A stretch of 64,000 nt of DNA from Candidatus Latescibacterota bacterium. GTDB lineage: Bacteria > Latescibacterota > UBA2968 > UBA8231. The notes beneath the pieces were generated by a model. It saw nothing but the letters and a program-made list of their open reading frames with translations. It did not search any database and was not told the origin of the DNA. Location of the stretch: positions 512,001 through 576,000 of the forward strand of contig CBDCXV010000010.1 in assembly GCA_965223905.1 (NCBI GenBank), written 5' to 3'. Positions 31,459 to 42,331 of the stretch are shown here, piece after piece; the stretch's first letter is position 1; each line of letters opens with the position of its first letter. The position numbers and the translations under genes were made by a program.

Positions 31459-32565
31459 ATGAGCGCAAACGGACTGATCGACTACGGCATGTTCATCATG
31501 CCCTTTCACCCGCCCAGCAAACCTCTGTCGCAGTGTTTCGACGAGGACATCGAGCTGGTCGTCCGCGCCGAGGAGCTGGGTTTCAGCGAGTTCTGGATCG
31601 GCGAGCACCACACCATGAAGTACGAGTCGATCGTCGTTCCCGAGGTCTTCATCGGCCGCGTCCTCGGCGAGACCGAGCGCATCCGCCTGGGACCCGCCCC
31701 GGTCTGCCTCAACCAGCACCACCCGGCGTACGTGGCGACCCGGATCGCCTTCCTCGACCACCTGGCGCACGGCCGCCTCAACCTCTGCTTCGGCTCGGGA
31801 AGCGTCACCGCCGACCAGGAGCTCTACGGCCTCGACCCGAAGCAGGGGGGCGCCATGACCATGGAGGCGCTCGACGTCATCCTCGAACTCTGGGCCTCGG
31901 ATCCACCCTACGAGCACAACGGAGAGTTCTGGCAGTTCTCCCTCAAGAAGTTCGTCGACGAGGAGACGCAGATCGGCTTCATCCACAAGCCGCTGCAGCA
32001 GCCGCACCCGCCGATCGCCATGCCGGGGCTCAGCCGCAACTCGCACAGTCTCAAGGTCGCAGCGCAGCGCGGCTACGCCCCCTTCTCCGCGGCGCTGGCC
32101 GCCGGCAACGTTCTCGCCGACCACTGGGAGACCTACGCCGCCGCGGCCGCCGAAGCGGGCCGCGAAGCCGACCGCTCCTGCTGGAAGGTCTCGCGCGCCA
32201 TCTTCCTCGCCGACACCACCGCGGAGGCGGTCAGGCTGGCGCGCACCAACTCGGTCGGCCGCAACTACGAGTACATCGCCAGCCTCCTCGACAAGGGCCT
32301 CGGCCGCAGCATCCTCAAGCGCGACCTCGAAATGCCGGATTCCGACTGCAACATGGATTACTGGATGTCTGAGCAGATCATCGCCGGCGACGTCGACGAG
32401 GTGCTGCGCCGGCTGCTGGTTCTGATGGAAGAGACCGGGCCGTTCGGCACCCTCGTCATCCTGGGCTTCGACTGGGACGACAAGGAGGCCTGGCTGCGCA
32501 ACCTCGACCTGTTCGCCAACGAGCTGATGCCGGCGCTAAACGCCGCGGTGGCAGTACCGGCCTGA
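31459..32565 (+). CDS. LLM-class flavin-dependent monooxygenase
   Basis: GMFIMPFHPP, FWIGEHH, LDHLAHGR, PLQQPHPP. Confidence 0.88.
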   Translation: MSANGLIDYGMFIMPFHPPSKPLSQCFDEDIELVVRAEELGFSEFWIGEHHTMKYESIVVPEVFIGRVLGETERIRLGPAPVCLNQHHPAYVATRIAFLDHLAHGRLNLCFGSGSVTADQELYGLDPKQGGAMTMEALDVILELWASDPPYEHNGEFWQFSLKKFVDEETQIGFIHKPLQQPHPPIAMPGLSRNSHSLKVAAQRGYAPFSAALAAGNVLADHWETYAAAAAEAGREADRSCWKVSRAIFLADTTAEAVRLARTNSVGRNYEYIASLLDKGLGRSILKRDLEMPDSDCNMDYWMSEQIIAGDVDEVLRRLLVLMEETGPFGTLVILGFDWDDKEAWLRNLDLFANELMPALNAAVAVPA

Positions 32566-32567
32566 CC

Positions 32568-33500
32568 GTGGAACACCGGCAACTCGGAAGAGACGGGGAC
32601 CGCGTCTCCGTCCTCGGGCTCGGCACCTGGCCGCTCGGCGGGGCCATGGGGGCGGTCGACGAGGCGACGGCAATCGCCACGGTCCGCGCCGCCATCGATT
32701 CCGGCATCACCCTCATCGACACGGCGCAATCGTATTACCACAGCGAGGAGGTAATCGGCAAGGCCCTCCAAGACGGCTATCGCCAGCGCTGCTTTCTCGC
32801 CACCAAGGTCAGCTTGAAGTACTCGCGTGACGATATAGTCGCGGCGATGGAGAACAGCCTGCGCCAGCTCAAGGTCGACTGTGTCGACCTCTACCAGATC
32901 CACAGCTGGAATCCCGAGTACCCGATCGATATCAGCATGGAAACCATGCTGCGCCTCCAGGAGCAGGGCAAGACCCGTTTCCTCGGGGTCTCCAACTTCA
33001 TCGCGGAACAGATGCAGACCGCGTCGCGGACCGCTTCCTTTCACTCCAGCCAGCCATGCTACAACATGCTCAACCGCTCCATCGAAGAGGAGGACATCCC
33101 CTACTGCGAACGGGAGGGGATCGGCATTCTCGCGCACAGCGCCCTCGCCAAGGGGCTGCTGAGCGGCCGCTACCGCCCGGGCCACCAGTTTCCCGATGAC
33201 GACGAGCGCTCCGGCGAGACCCGCACCGGCCCGTACGTGGGACCGCGGTTCGCTGGCCGGAGGTTTGCCGGCTACTTCGACGTCGTGGAGAAACTCCGGG
33301 GGATCGCCGATGAAAAGGGGATCACCATGGTCCAGATGGCGGTCGCCTGGCTGTTGCGCCTTCCCGCGGTGACCTGCGCCCTGGTCGGGGCCAAGCACCC
33401 GGACCAGGTGCGGGACCACCTCGGCGCCGTCGGTGTCGAGTTCGACCAGGACGAGCTCGCCCGCATCGACCGGATTCTGTCAGAGGCGCCCGAGTACTAG
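32568..33500 (+). CDS. Aldo/keto reductase
   Basis: LGLGTW, IDTAQSY, LATK, VDLYQIH, GVSNF, LAKGLLSG. Confidence 0.9.
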   Translation: MEHRQLGRDGDRVSVLGLGTWPLGGAMGAVDEATAIATVRAAIDSGITLIDTAQSYYHSEEVIGKALQDGYRQRCFLATKVSLKYSRDDIVAAMENSLRQLKVDCVDLYQIHSWNPEYPIDISMETMLRLQEQGKTRFLGVSNFIAEQMQTASRTASFHSSQPCYNMLNRSIEEEDIPYCEREGIGILAHSALAKGLLSGRYRPGHQFPDDDERSGETRTGPYVGPRFAGRRFAGYFDVVEKLRGIADEKGITMVQMAVAWLLRLPAVTCALVGAKHPDQVRDHLGAVGVEFDQDELARIDRILSEAPEY

Positions 33501-33549
33501 TTGACGGGATTCCACCGGAGTGAAGTGGATCTCCAAAGGAGATACATCC

Positions 33550-33777
33550 ATGCAGACAGCGAAGCTGTTCAACAACGGCCGCAGCCAAGCCGTTAGGCTT
33601 CCGAAGGAGTTTCGTTTCAGCGGAGACGAGGTCTACATCAAGAAATACCAGGGCATCGTCATGCTCTTGCCCAAGGAATCCCCCTGGACCTCGCTCGTCG
33701 ACAGTCTGGACCGCTTTTCCAGTGATTATATGAACGAGAGGAATCAGCCCGATCAGCAGCAGAAAGCGTCTCCGTGA
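33550..33777 (+). CDS. vapB: VapB antitoxin (AbrB/MazE type)
   Basis: TAKLFNNGRSQAVRLPKEFRF. Confidence 0.92.
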   Translation: MQTAKLFNNGRSQAVRLPKEFRFSGDEVYIKKYQGIVMLLPKESPWTSLVDSLDRFSSDYMNERNQPDQQQKASP

Positions 33778-34179
33778 CCGATTTCCTGCTCGACACCGAC
33801 ATCTGCATCTACCTCATCAAGAGACAACCGGCTCAAGCTTTGGCCAGACTACAAGCCCTGGATATCTCGCAAGTCGGAATCTTCCACGATCGCGCTCAGC
33901 GAATTGGAGTACGGGATCTCGAAGAGTTCGAAACCAGAGCAAAACAAGCTGGCCCTGGCTGAATTCGCCGCCCCGCTGGAGATCATCGCTTACGGCGACG
34001 CGGCAGCAGCACAATACGGCCGCATCAGAACCTTGCTCGAGCGCCAAGGCACCCCGATTGGCCCGCCAGACACCCTGATCGCAGCACATGCATCGGCCCT
34101 CGGCTGTACCCTCGTGACGAACAACGACAGGGAGTTTTCTCGCATTCCCAGTCTCGTGGTCGAGAACTGGACCAGCTGA
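33774..34179 (+). CDS. vapC: VapC toxin (frameshift near 33880)
   Basis: FLLDTDICIYLIK, then in the shifted frame ELEYG...GTPIGPPDTLIAAHA...LVTNNDREFSRI. Confidence 0.85.
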
Positions 34180-34192
34180 TCCTGCCGTCCTG

Positions 34193-34294
34193 TCAACCAG
34201 GATCAAGCGCGTTGTTGACCACCCCCTGCAGGTCGCACTCGTAGTCCCACACCTCGAGCTCGATCGCGAAGGGGTAGTCCTCGCGGCCGCTCAC
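34193..34294 (-). pseudogene. N-terminal remnant of an acyl-CoA thioesterase (4HBT/YbgC family)
   Basis: LEVWDYECDLQGVVNNA motif, truncated immediately afterwards. Confidence 0.6.
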
Positions 34295-34339
34295 GCGGGC
34301 TGTCTCAGCGGCTTGACCCTCCGGCGGTCCAGGGGCGAG

Positions 34340-34962
34340 GGAAAACACCCGCGCCAGCGGGGTCGCCCACCGCAGCCGATGGGAGCAGGCCGCAGCGCTC
34401 GCATCGCCGTTCTCCGCCGACGGCTCGGCAACCGGCTGGGCCGGCACGATGCGCTCGCGGGCCCGGCCCCGGGGCGCCAGGACCCCGTGGTAGCGCAGGA
34501 GATGAGACCGGGGCGGGGGGATCAGAGCCGCCAGCTTCTCCAGCAGTTCGATCGGAGACAGCAGGAGATGGCGGGTCCCATCCGGCCACGGCGTTTTGAG
34601 CGCGAAGGAAAGAGGGTCGGCATCGACGAGGCGCAGACGCCCTCCCGCCAGGGCCGGCCGGGCCACGTAGCGGCACAAGCGTTCGAGCCCCCGCCGGTCA
34701 GGGCCTGCGATCCGCGTTGCCGCAGGCAGCCAAAAGCCGCACGAAGCAAAGCACAAGGGCGCGGTACGCACCCCGGTGGCCGCATCTCAGGACCCGGCGC
34801 AGGCGTTGGCCGGCGCCTGCGCCGGTGGCGGTGATCCCTCGCACCGAAGCCGCGGTGAGAGCCGCCAGCACCGGCTCCTCGTCGGCGAGCGCATCCGCTG
34901 CGGTGTCGTCGAGCAGGCCGCGTTTGGTGCCCAAGCGGATGATGCGGCGCGCACTCGTCTCC
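34340..34962 (-). mobile_element. ISCR/IS91-like transposase internal fragment (copy D, both ends missing)
   Basis: LERLCRYVARP, LKTPWPDGT, HLLRYHGVLAP; near-identical to copies A-C. Confidence 0.9.
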
Positions 34963-36541
34963 GGATGTCCCTCGGGAACGAGATCCTGCGCTACCCCCGG
35001 GCCGGCGACGCCCCGGTTTCGCGGACCCCCTCCTTCCGTCCCGAGGGGCAACCGGGGCGCGTGCTGGCCACGCGCTAGGGAGACGTCTGGTGCGCCGATG
35101 TGCGCCGGGGGGACGCCCTCTTCGAAGCCGCACCCCTGGTCCCCCCCGGGTGGGAGGTCACCCCGGTCTGCGACGATCCCTTCGGCAACGTCTGGGCCGT
35201 GGCCGCCGACGGCGAGCGGCGGGACCTGGCCGTGCTCACCGACCGGGGCCCCCACGCCTGGCAGCGCCTCGACCTGCCCGAGGACCGACTCGCCGGCCCC
35301 TGGAGCGGCGCCGCCACCGACGACGCCGGCTTTGTCTGGGCGGCGGTGGAAGGCTCCCTCGCTCGCGCCGACGCCCGCACCGCCGGGCACCGCTCCTTCG
35401 CCAATCCCGCGGACGCCCCCCCATCACCGCCATCGGCCGCGGCGGCGCCCAGCTGCTGGTGGGCTTCGGCGACGGCAGCCTGCGGGAGCTGCGGGTCAAC
35501 GCCGACGACCCGCCCCTTTGGCGCGAGGTCCTGCCGGCGGGTGAGGGCCCGGTACGGGCGATTCTGCACGCCGGCTCCGGCGGTCTCTGGTTGCTGAGGG
35601 CGGGGCGCGTGCAGCGCTCGCCGACCTGGAGAAGCCATGGCACGAGCACTGGGAGGAGCTGCCTCTCATGCCGGCGGGCAACCACGACAACATCTTCGCC
35701 CGCATCGGCGACCGCCTCTACACCGCCGGCGGCAAGACCTTCTTCGGCTGGCCGGCTGACGAGTGGATCAACCTCGACCACGTCTGGTCCTGCCACGTCC
35801 CCTCGGGCACCTGGCGCGTGGAGGCGCCCATGCTCGAGCCCGGCAAGGCTTACTCCGGCATCGCCGTCCTCGAGGACGAGCTGTGGCTGTTGGGAGGCCT
35901 CTTCCGCCACGGCGAGGGCGACGCCACGCGGCCCACGGCGACGGTGGAGGTCTTCGATCCGGCCACACAGCGCTACCGCCTCGGCCCGCCCCTGCCCCAG
36001 AAGGCCGGCCAGGTGGTGGCGCTGACCGCCGGGGGGCGGCTCTACGGCGTCGGCGGCGGCGCCGAGGAAGGCCACTTGGCGCAGTTCCTCAGCATCGGCC
36101 CCGGAGAGACGGACTGGCGCGTCGACACCCCGCCCCCGGGCACTGTCTACCAGGCCAGCGGCTGCGTCCTGGACGGCCGTCTCTACATCGCCGGGGGACC
36201 CAAGAGCCAGTGCCCGGGCCTGTTCGTCTATGAGCCCGGCCGGGACCGCTGGAGCGAGGTGGAGCACCCAGTCAAGGCGCCCAACGCCCCCCTGTGCACG
36301 GCCTTCGAGGATCGAGTCTGGGTGTTGGGCGGGCGGGCCGACGGTGGGCTGGCGAACGGAGAGCTACGCCTACGACCCGGCCAGCGGCCTCTGGACCCGG
36401 GGCCCGGACCTGCCCCTGGAGCTGAGCTGGGCGGCCGACGCCGACGGCCGGCTGCTGGTCGCCGGCGGGGCGTTCTGGGACGACCGCGTCAACGACGTGC
36501 TCAACACGGATCGGGTGTTTCTGATGCGGTCGGCCCCGTAG
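34963..36541 (+). pseudogene. Beta-propeller/Kelch-repeat protein, 5'-truncated by the IS and multiply frameshifted
   Basis: LYTAGG, LWLLGG, LYGVGG, LYIAGG, VWVLGG and LLVAGG Kelch motifs. Confidence 0.75.
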
Positions 36542-37412
36542 TCTATTCTATTGCCCTATGGGAAAGCCGACGCCGACCTGAAGGGTAAGGGCTCGGTTCC
36601 AGAGTTCGTCGTCCAAGAGTTCGTCGTCCGAGTCCTTGACGATTGTCAGCAGCCCCGCGGTGTACTGAAGATCGATGGACAATCTCATCTGCTGGGAGAT
36701 CGGCACTTCAACACCGACCCCTCCGGTAACGCCGAGGTCTATGCTTTTGGTAGACTCCTCGTCGCAGGATGCCGAGGCCGAAAAGCGGTCACCTTCCCAG
36801 TCCCTTCCCTCGGCCCACACTTCGCAGTTGGTCAGGTACGCCATCGACGGTCCGGCGAGCACGTATAGCGAAGCCTGACTTCCAGGCGACCCGAGCTTGA
36901 CAACGCCGAGGCCCGAGAGCTCGAGGTAGTCGAGATTGAATCCCAACCCGGCTAACTCGGAGTCGCCCTCGCTTTCGGTCCCCTTCTGCACATAGCCGGC
37001 ATCGAGTCGAAGGCCGAGTCTGTCCCGTACCGGGATGTTCGCGGAAGCACCCAGTATGAGGCCGGTGCGCCCCTTCTGTTCCAGTTCATCCTGTCCGTCC
37101 AGAGTCGCCCGGCTCATGCCACCCCGGATGACGAGTGTGGTCTGGCCGAGAACGAGGACGGGCAGATTCAGTGGCACCAAGGCGATGACGGTCATGACGG
37201 CGATTCTCTGCATGGCTCTCCTCCATCGAAGCATGGTTGGACGACAAGACAGGGAGCGGGGGATGGATCAGGGACCGCCCGAGAACAACGCCTGCCTATT
37301 GGGCAAGATACCCCCAAAGAGGACAGGGGCTGTCCGTTGGTTCAGGTTTTTTTCTTTTTTTTGCTACCGCGTCAACGACGTGCTCAACACGGATCGGGTC
37401 TTCCTGATGCGG
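36483..37412 (+). repeat. Direct repeat of about 47 bp (3' end of the Kelch gene) at 36483 and 37366, flanking the beta-barrel gene
   Basis: accgcgtcaacgacgtgctcaacacggatcgggt is identical in both copies, followed by synonymous GTG TTT versus GTC TTC. Confidence 0.85.
36548..37213 (-). CDS. Outer-membrane beta-barrel protein (PorT-like)
   Basis: GGAGG RBS and signal peptide; YVQKG, LDYLEL, YVLAGP, DLGVTGGVG, terminal VGVGFP. Confidence 0.75.
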   Translation of the reverse strand: MQRIAVMTVIALVPLNLPVLVLGQTTLVIRGGMSRATLDGQDELEQKGRTGLILGASANIPVRDRLGLRLDAGYVQKGTESEGDSELAGLGFNLDYLELSGLGVVKLGSPGSQASLYVLAGPSMAYLTNCEVWAEGRDWEGDRFSASASCDEESTKSIDLGVTGGVGVEVPISQQMRLSIDLQYTAGLLTIVKDSDDELLDDELWNRALTLQVGVGFPIGQ

Positions 37413-37475
37413 GGGCGGTAGTGAGGGCCGCCAGCAGCATGGGCAAGGACCGCAGTTCCCGCTTGAGGGGATCCA

Positions 37476-38302
37476 AAGTATAGGAAAAATGAGGCACCTT
37501 TTTTGGACTCTCGGTCAAGGCGGACAGCGCACCGCAAGGGTCCGGCAACTCCCCTGAGGATCGTTTGCCAATCCTTCGACCGAACTCGCAGTCCGGACTG
37601 GTTGCCTGTAGGCCCGTATCCGGATCAATCCGGGGCCTGAGGGACTGTTGGGGGCACACCCAGCCCTACGCCCGGCGACGGCGACGGGTCGAGAAGGCAG
37701 GATCAGGCGGCGAACTCGAAAAGCGGCTGAGGCGGGGCTCTCGGCGGGGGCATCGCCGGCAGCCCTACTCCCTCCAGACAGGTCCGGATCGAGGCCGGAT
37801 CGGTCAGGGCGGCGATGATTCTCAGGCCACCGCCGCATGCCGCGCATTCGCTGAGGTCGGAGGAAAACACCCGCGCCAGCAGGGTCGCCCACCGCAGTCG
37901 ATGGCCGCAGGACGCAGCGCTCGCCGAGCCGTCCGCCGCCGCCGGCTCGGCAACCGGCTGGGCCGGCACGATGAGGTCGCGGGCCCGGGCCCGGGGCGCC
38001 AGGACCCCGTGGTAGCGCAGGAGATGAAACCGGGGCGGGGGAACCAGAGCCGCCCGCTTCTCCAGCAGTTCCATCGGAGACAGCAGGAGAGGGCGGGTCC
38101 CATCCGACCACGGCGTTTTGAGCGCGAAGGAAAGATGGTCGGCATCGAGAACGCGCAGACGCCCTCCCGCCAAGGCCGGCCGGGCCAGGTAGCGGCACAA
38201 GCGTTCGAGCCCCCGCCGGTCAGGGCCTGCGATCCGCGTTGCCGCATGCAGCCAAAAGCCGCGCGAAGCAAAGCACAAGGGCGCCGTACGCACCCCGGTG
38301 GC
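37476..38302 (-). mobile_element. ISCR/IS91-like element copy A: oriIS end plus 3' part of the transposase
   Basis: Terminus ...CATTTTTCCTATACTT on the - strand, a ~227 bp conserved 3' region, and transposase C-terminus (RLCRY, YHGVLAP, CxxCGG). Confidence 0.9.
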
Positions 38303-39734
38303 GAGTACCGGATTCGGTAGTCAGGGTTCCATAAACAAAAATTTCACCAAGGTCATTGTTGCCGTATCCTTGACCTGAAAATTTGTGGATATCTTTTTCT
38401 GCCTCGAATTCAATGACAGTCCCCGGTTTTATAGTCAGCGTCGCACCCGGAAAAACTACAATGTCTCCCCGTAAAGAAACGGAACCATTCCATGTAACGG
38501 CTCCAACGATGGGAAAATTGTGAAAATCCTGAAATTTGGAGGGTATTCTGAATTTGGGATATTCGTCATGATCCAATTTATCGAATCGAATCTTGCCCCA
38601 GCCCGAGTAAAATGGCCCTGAAGGAGAATCGTTTCCAACATCGAAAGGACTCCAATCACCCGGAGAATCTACTCCTGTTTCGCCCCACATTACATTTGCC
38701 CCAAGCCAACTCATTTCGGGAATCAATCCCATGTTGTCATTTTCAGAAGAGGGGACTGGGTCGGGTAACAAAACAACATCGTAGGATTCACCTATTTCGC
38801 TATCGGTATCAATTTCCGGATGTAAAACGGTTCCATGCGGGCTCAAATCGTCGTCATATGCTATCCCATATTTGGAAGATACGTCTTGGTAATTTCCTGG
38901 TGTAGGGTAATGTCCGTGCCCGCCGGCGCTCACATATACTACAGGGTAATTCCCTCCTACTGGGGAAATCCTTCCGCGAATGTTATGTGTGGAAGGAGAT
39001 GTGGAGTAAGAGGTATAGGTAATGCTTTTTCCATGAAAAATGTAATCGACGCCATGAAATTCTGCTGTTGAAGTATCGCGGCTGGTAACCATGACGTTGA
39101 CTTTGGGCCAGTCACCTTCGTGGTTATTTTGCCAGGCATTAAAGGGGTAGAAGGAATAATACTTGATGACTACGGGGCCGTAGGTGTCGTCTGTATCTCG
39201 GGAAAAAACCTGGGCGTACACGGTATTACGAAACCGCTTCCCGGCATGGGAGTCATTTTGACCTTTGCCCGGTAGATATGCAGCGTTCCATGAATCTGGA
39301 TCATCTCCTGGATAATCCAAATATAAGCCTGCTACATAGCCGTTTCCTCTCAAAGGCGTACTGAGGTATGCGAACTTATTTTCTACAAAATTGACTCTTG
39401 AATCGGCTAATTTCCTAATATTTGAAGGGGAATCTGAGATTTTGCCGGAGTAGTGTGAGGAACCTGAAATCAAGTAACTCTTGACACACAAGTTTGATAT
39501 GGATTGCGCACCCACGATTGCAACAGGTTCTGGATGCAGCACGATACGACCGAGGCGTGTGGGATTTTCAGTCATCACCAAAATTGGGGCGAACATCTCG
39601 GCAAGTCTTTGGTCGTTTTCTCGGCTTGTAGGATATACAGGGCTGGAAAATGGATAAACCAACAACCAAGACGATAGTAACAAAATGACTACAATAGAGG
39701 AACTATGGCTGAACTCGTTATTTTTGAATTTCAT
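38303..39734 (-). CDS. Secreted Vps62/NPP1-like domain protein, C-terminally truncated by IS copy A
   Basis: Signal peptide; LAEMFAPIL, YYSFYPFN..NNHEGDW, HG, PVVYVSAGGHGHY; then GDIVVFPGATLTIKPGT. Visibly AT-rich. Confidence 0.6.
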
Positions 39735-39747
39735 ATGAAGGTTTCCC

Positions 39748-40518
39748 TTAATTGATTTTGCGGTCGAAGGAAATTCTTAAATCAAACAGTCCCCCCTCGA
39801 AACGTACTCTGGACTTCTTGGTGATGTCAGCAGTTACCCCAAACCCAATTCGGATAAAAGGTAGAAATCTTTGGAAACGGGGAGACATGGAATAGTGGTA
39901 TTCGCGGTACTCTTTATCTGGAAAAGATAGTATTTGTCCAAATCCTACGTATATGTATGTCTCCGGGACGATGATGCCAAAATGACCGTTGCAATGTAAG
40001 TTTATCCAAGATGCAAATCTTCCCGAGCCCTGTCTTCCCCCCGACAGATTACATTCAAACCCTGAATTTCGAAAAGTTTCTAGCCTTAATGCAACACCTA
40101 AGCCTCCTAGACGTTGGAATTTGGGGAGTTCCTGAGGAACCGGTACTGGAAGATCCAACGGACCTCCAGAAAAACCCAAATACCATCGATCACTCACTGG
40201 CCGGCTAAGGGTACGTATCGTTCGATATTTGATGTCGACATATCTTCCTCGTCCAATATCCAATTTTACCGATTTATCATTCGTTTCCAAAACGAAACCT
40301 CTCAGAGTTCTTTTTCCACTTTCATAAGGAGTTACCTGATAATCAACCCACACTTCATCTCCTTTTTTGAATTGGCGTTGATCGATTTCGTCTGTTGGAC
40401 GGGAGGCACTTATCTCCGTCATTGGTGCTGCACACCCTAAAGAAAGGGCAGCCAAACCGATTATTAGATATTGAAATACGAAGCTCCGGTTTCTTGTTTC
40501 ATCAAATGAAATTTCCAT
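39748..40518 (-). CDS. Putative lipoprotein / outer-membrane protein
   Basis: Lipobox-like LAALSLGC and an alternating beta-strand pattern at the C-terminus. Confidence 0.55.
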   Translation of the reverse strand: MEISFDETRNRSFVFQYLIIGLAALSLGCAAPMTEISASRPTDEIDQRQFKKGDEVWVDYQVTPYESGKRTLRGFVLETNDKSVKLDIGRGRYVDIKYRTIRTLSRPVSDRWYLGFSGGPLDLPVPVPQELPKFQRLGGLGVALRLETFRNSGFECNLSGGRQGSGRFASWINLHCNGHFGIIVPETYIYVGFGQILSFPDKEYREYHYSMSPRFQRFLPFIRIGFGVTADITKKSRVRFEGGLFDLRISFDRKIN

Positions 40519-40714
40519 CAGAAGGATCCTCGTCGGGTAGGGAGTTTCCTTGCCATCGGGCCAGAATTTCCTGGGACCGGATAGTTAATAAAATTGGAGA
40601 GTTGTCATTTGGTGCATCGAATCCAATCAATATACTTGCACATCTTTCCACTCGCAAGCCTTTGGCCGGTAAGGGTTGGGCAGATGGGTGAAAAGGGGGC
40701 ATTGGGGTATCCAT

Positions 40715-42022
40715 TTAACTGGACCCACTCTTGATATTGGATTTATCATATTTATTCTCTGAATTAACCCGAATGTTGCTCCAACCCTTATAAAAGGGAC
40801 TCATTGCGGCTTCGTTTGATTCTACAAGAGCGGTCATGTTGAGACCAACATTAATGGGCGGAATGGGAATTTTGGTCAACCATACCCAAGGAAATTTTAC
40901 AAAAGGAGTTCCAAAAAAAATTGAAACACCAAGCCAACTCATTTCCGGTGATAATCCCATATTGTCCGTATTTAAGGGGTCCGGATCAGGCAGCATTACC
41001 AAGTCATAAGACTGGGCGATCTCGCTATCATCTGAAATTTCTGGATGTAAAACAAGCCCATTGCTTGTCAAATTATCATCATAAGTGGCCCGTCCAGCCC
41101 CTCTGTAGTCACCGGGTGTGGGATAAAGCCCATGGCCGCCGGCGCTGACGTAAACGACGGGAAAGGTTCCTCCGACGGGGCTTATTCTTTGCCGAATGTC
41201 GATTGAAGAAGGAGAATTCGTGATGTCATAGTAGGTGATGCTTTTCCCGTGAAACATGAAATCTATCCCATGAAATTCTGCCAAGTCGGGATCGCAGTCC
41301 GTCACTATAACATTATTTTTTGCCAATCTCCTTCGTGGTTATTTTGCCAATCGTTATAAAGGAAAAAACATCCAATACTTAATAACCACAGAACCGTAGT
41401 CATCCGAAGATTCCGGTCGCTCAAACACGCGCGCGTAGACAGTATTTGCAAATCGCCATCCTGCGCGGGAATCATCCTCCCCCGGTTCAGGAGAATAGGC
41501 TCTGTTCCAAGATCTTTCATCGTCCCCTGGATAATCAAAATATACATGCGCGCCGTAGTGACCAGGGAGGAGATCCGGACCTGTTGTAAAATAATATCCT
41601 GCATTTCTAAGGAATGCGAATTCGTTTTCCGACGAAACAACTTGTGATAAAAGGCTGGCTCCACCTATTCTTTCTCGAAGTGTACTCGGGTCAACCCAGT
41701 CCCCAAACGCCGCGTTTTTCATCACGCGCCCGGATTCAGATTGAGCCTTAATCCAGACATTGGCAATGGAATTTGCGCCAATAATTTCAACGGGCTCAGG
41801 ATTGAGTACTTTCCTTTCCAAGCGTTCCGGATTGTGTGTCAGGATAAAAACAGGGGCAAACTTCCTGACCAAAATGGAATCACTTACCGAGTCGGAAGAA
41901 GCCTCGATAGGTGACGGATAAAAAAAGAGTAATACAATGATCCATATCCCGGACAGCCATCCGATTTTGGATGTTAGTTTTTTCTCCAAAATGAACTGCG
42001 GATTTTGAAACGTTATGCCCAT
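40715..42022 (-). CDS. Second Vps62/NPP1-like secreted protein (frameshifts at A/T runs near 41365 and 41320)
   Basis: Paralogue of 38303-39734: LVRKFAPVF, YFDYPGDD, NTVYARVF, NNHEGDW, PVVYVSAGGHGLYPTPG, NMGLSPEMSWLG. Confidence 0.65.
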
Positions 42023-42077
42023 GTATCTTTCCCCCCTTCAGTAAAATCCAAAATAAGAAGCGAAATTCAGCTAGTTT

Positions 42078-42331
42078 TTAGAACCGGTGCGTTAAGACCA
42101 TCGCAAAATTTCCCTCTGATATAGGCATTATACCTAAGGAAAAACGATAGTCTTGATCAGGGTCTTCAAGGGATTTGGGAGATAATTCGCCGTTTCGGGA
42201 CCATTCAGATGCTACCGTGGAAAAAACGATAGGGGCCACGATCAAGGATGGCGCAAGCTTACCATCACTAACTAAGGTCAGCAAACCGCATGCAATCACC
42301 CCCCCCAAGCTGCCACCCAGCGTATGTATGA
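42078..42331 (-). pseudogene. 3' part of a membrane-protein gene cut by the oriIS of copy B
   Basis: ASEWSR...RFSLGIMP...LTHRF resembles the C-terminus of the 61889-62872 protein. Confidence 0.6.

Noticed and set aside
37384-37659. Repeated small ORF MCPQQSLRPRIDP in the IS 3' region (also at 42515)
   Set aside because: It has no stop inside the element and reads into differing flanks; copy C has indels in it. It is more likely incidental.
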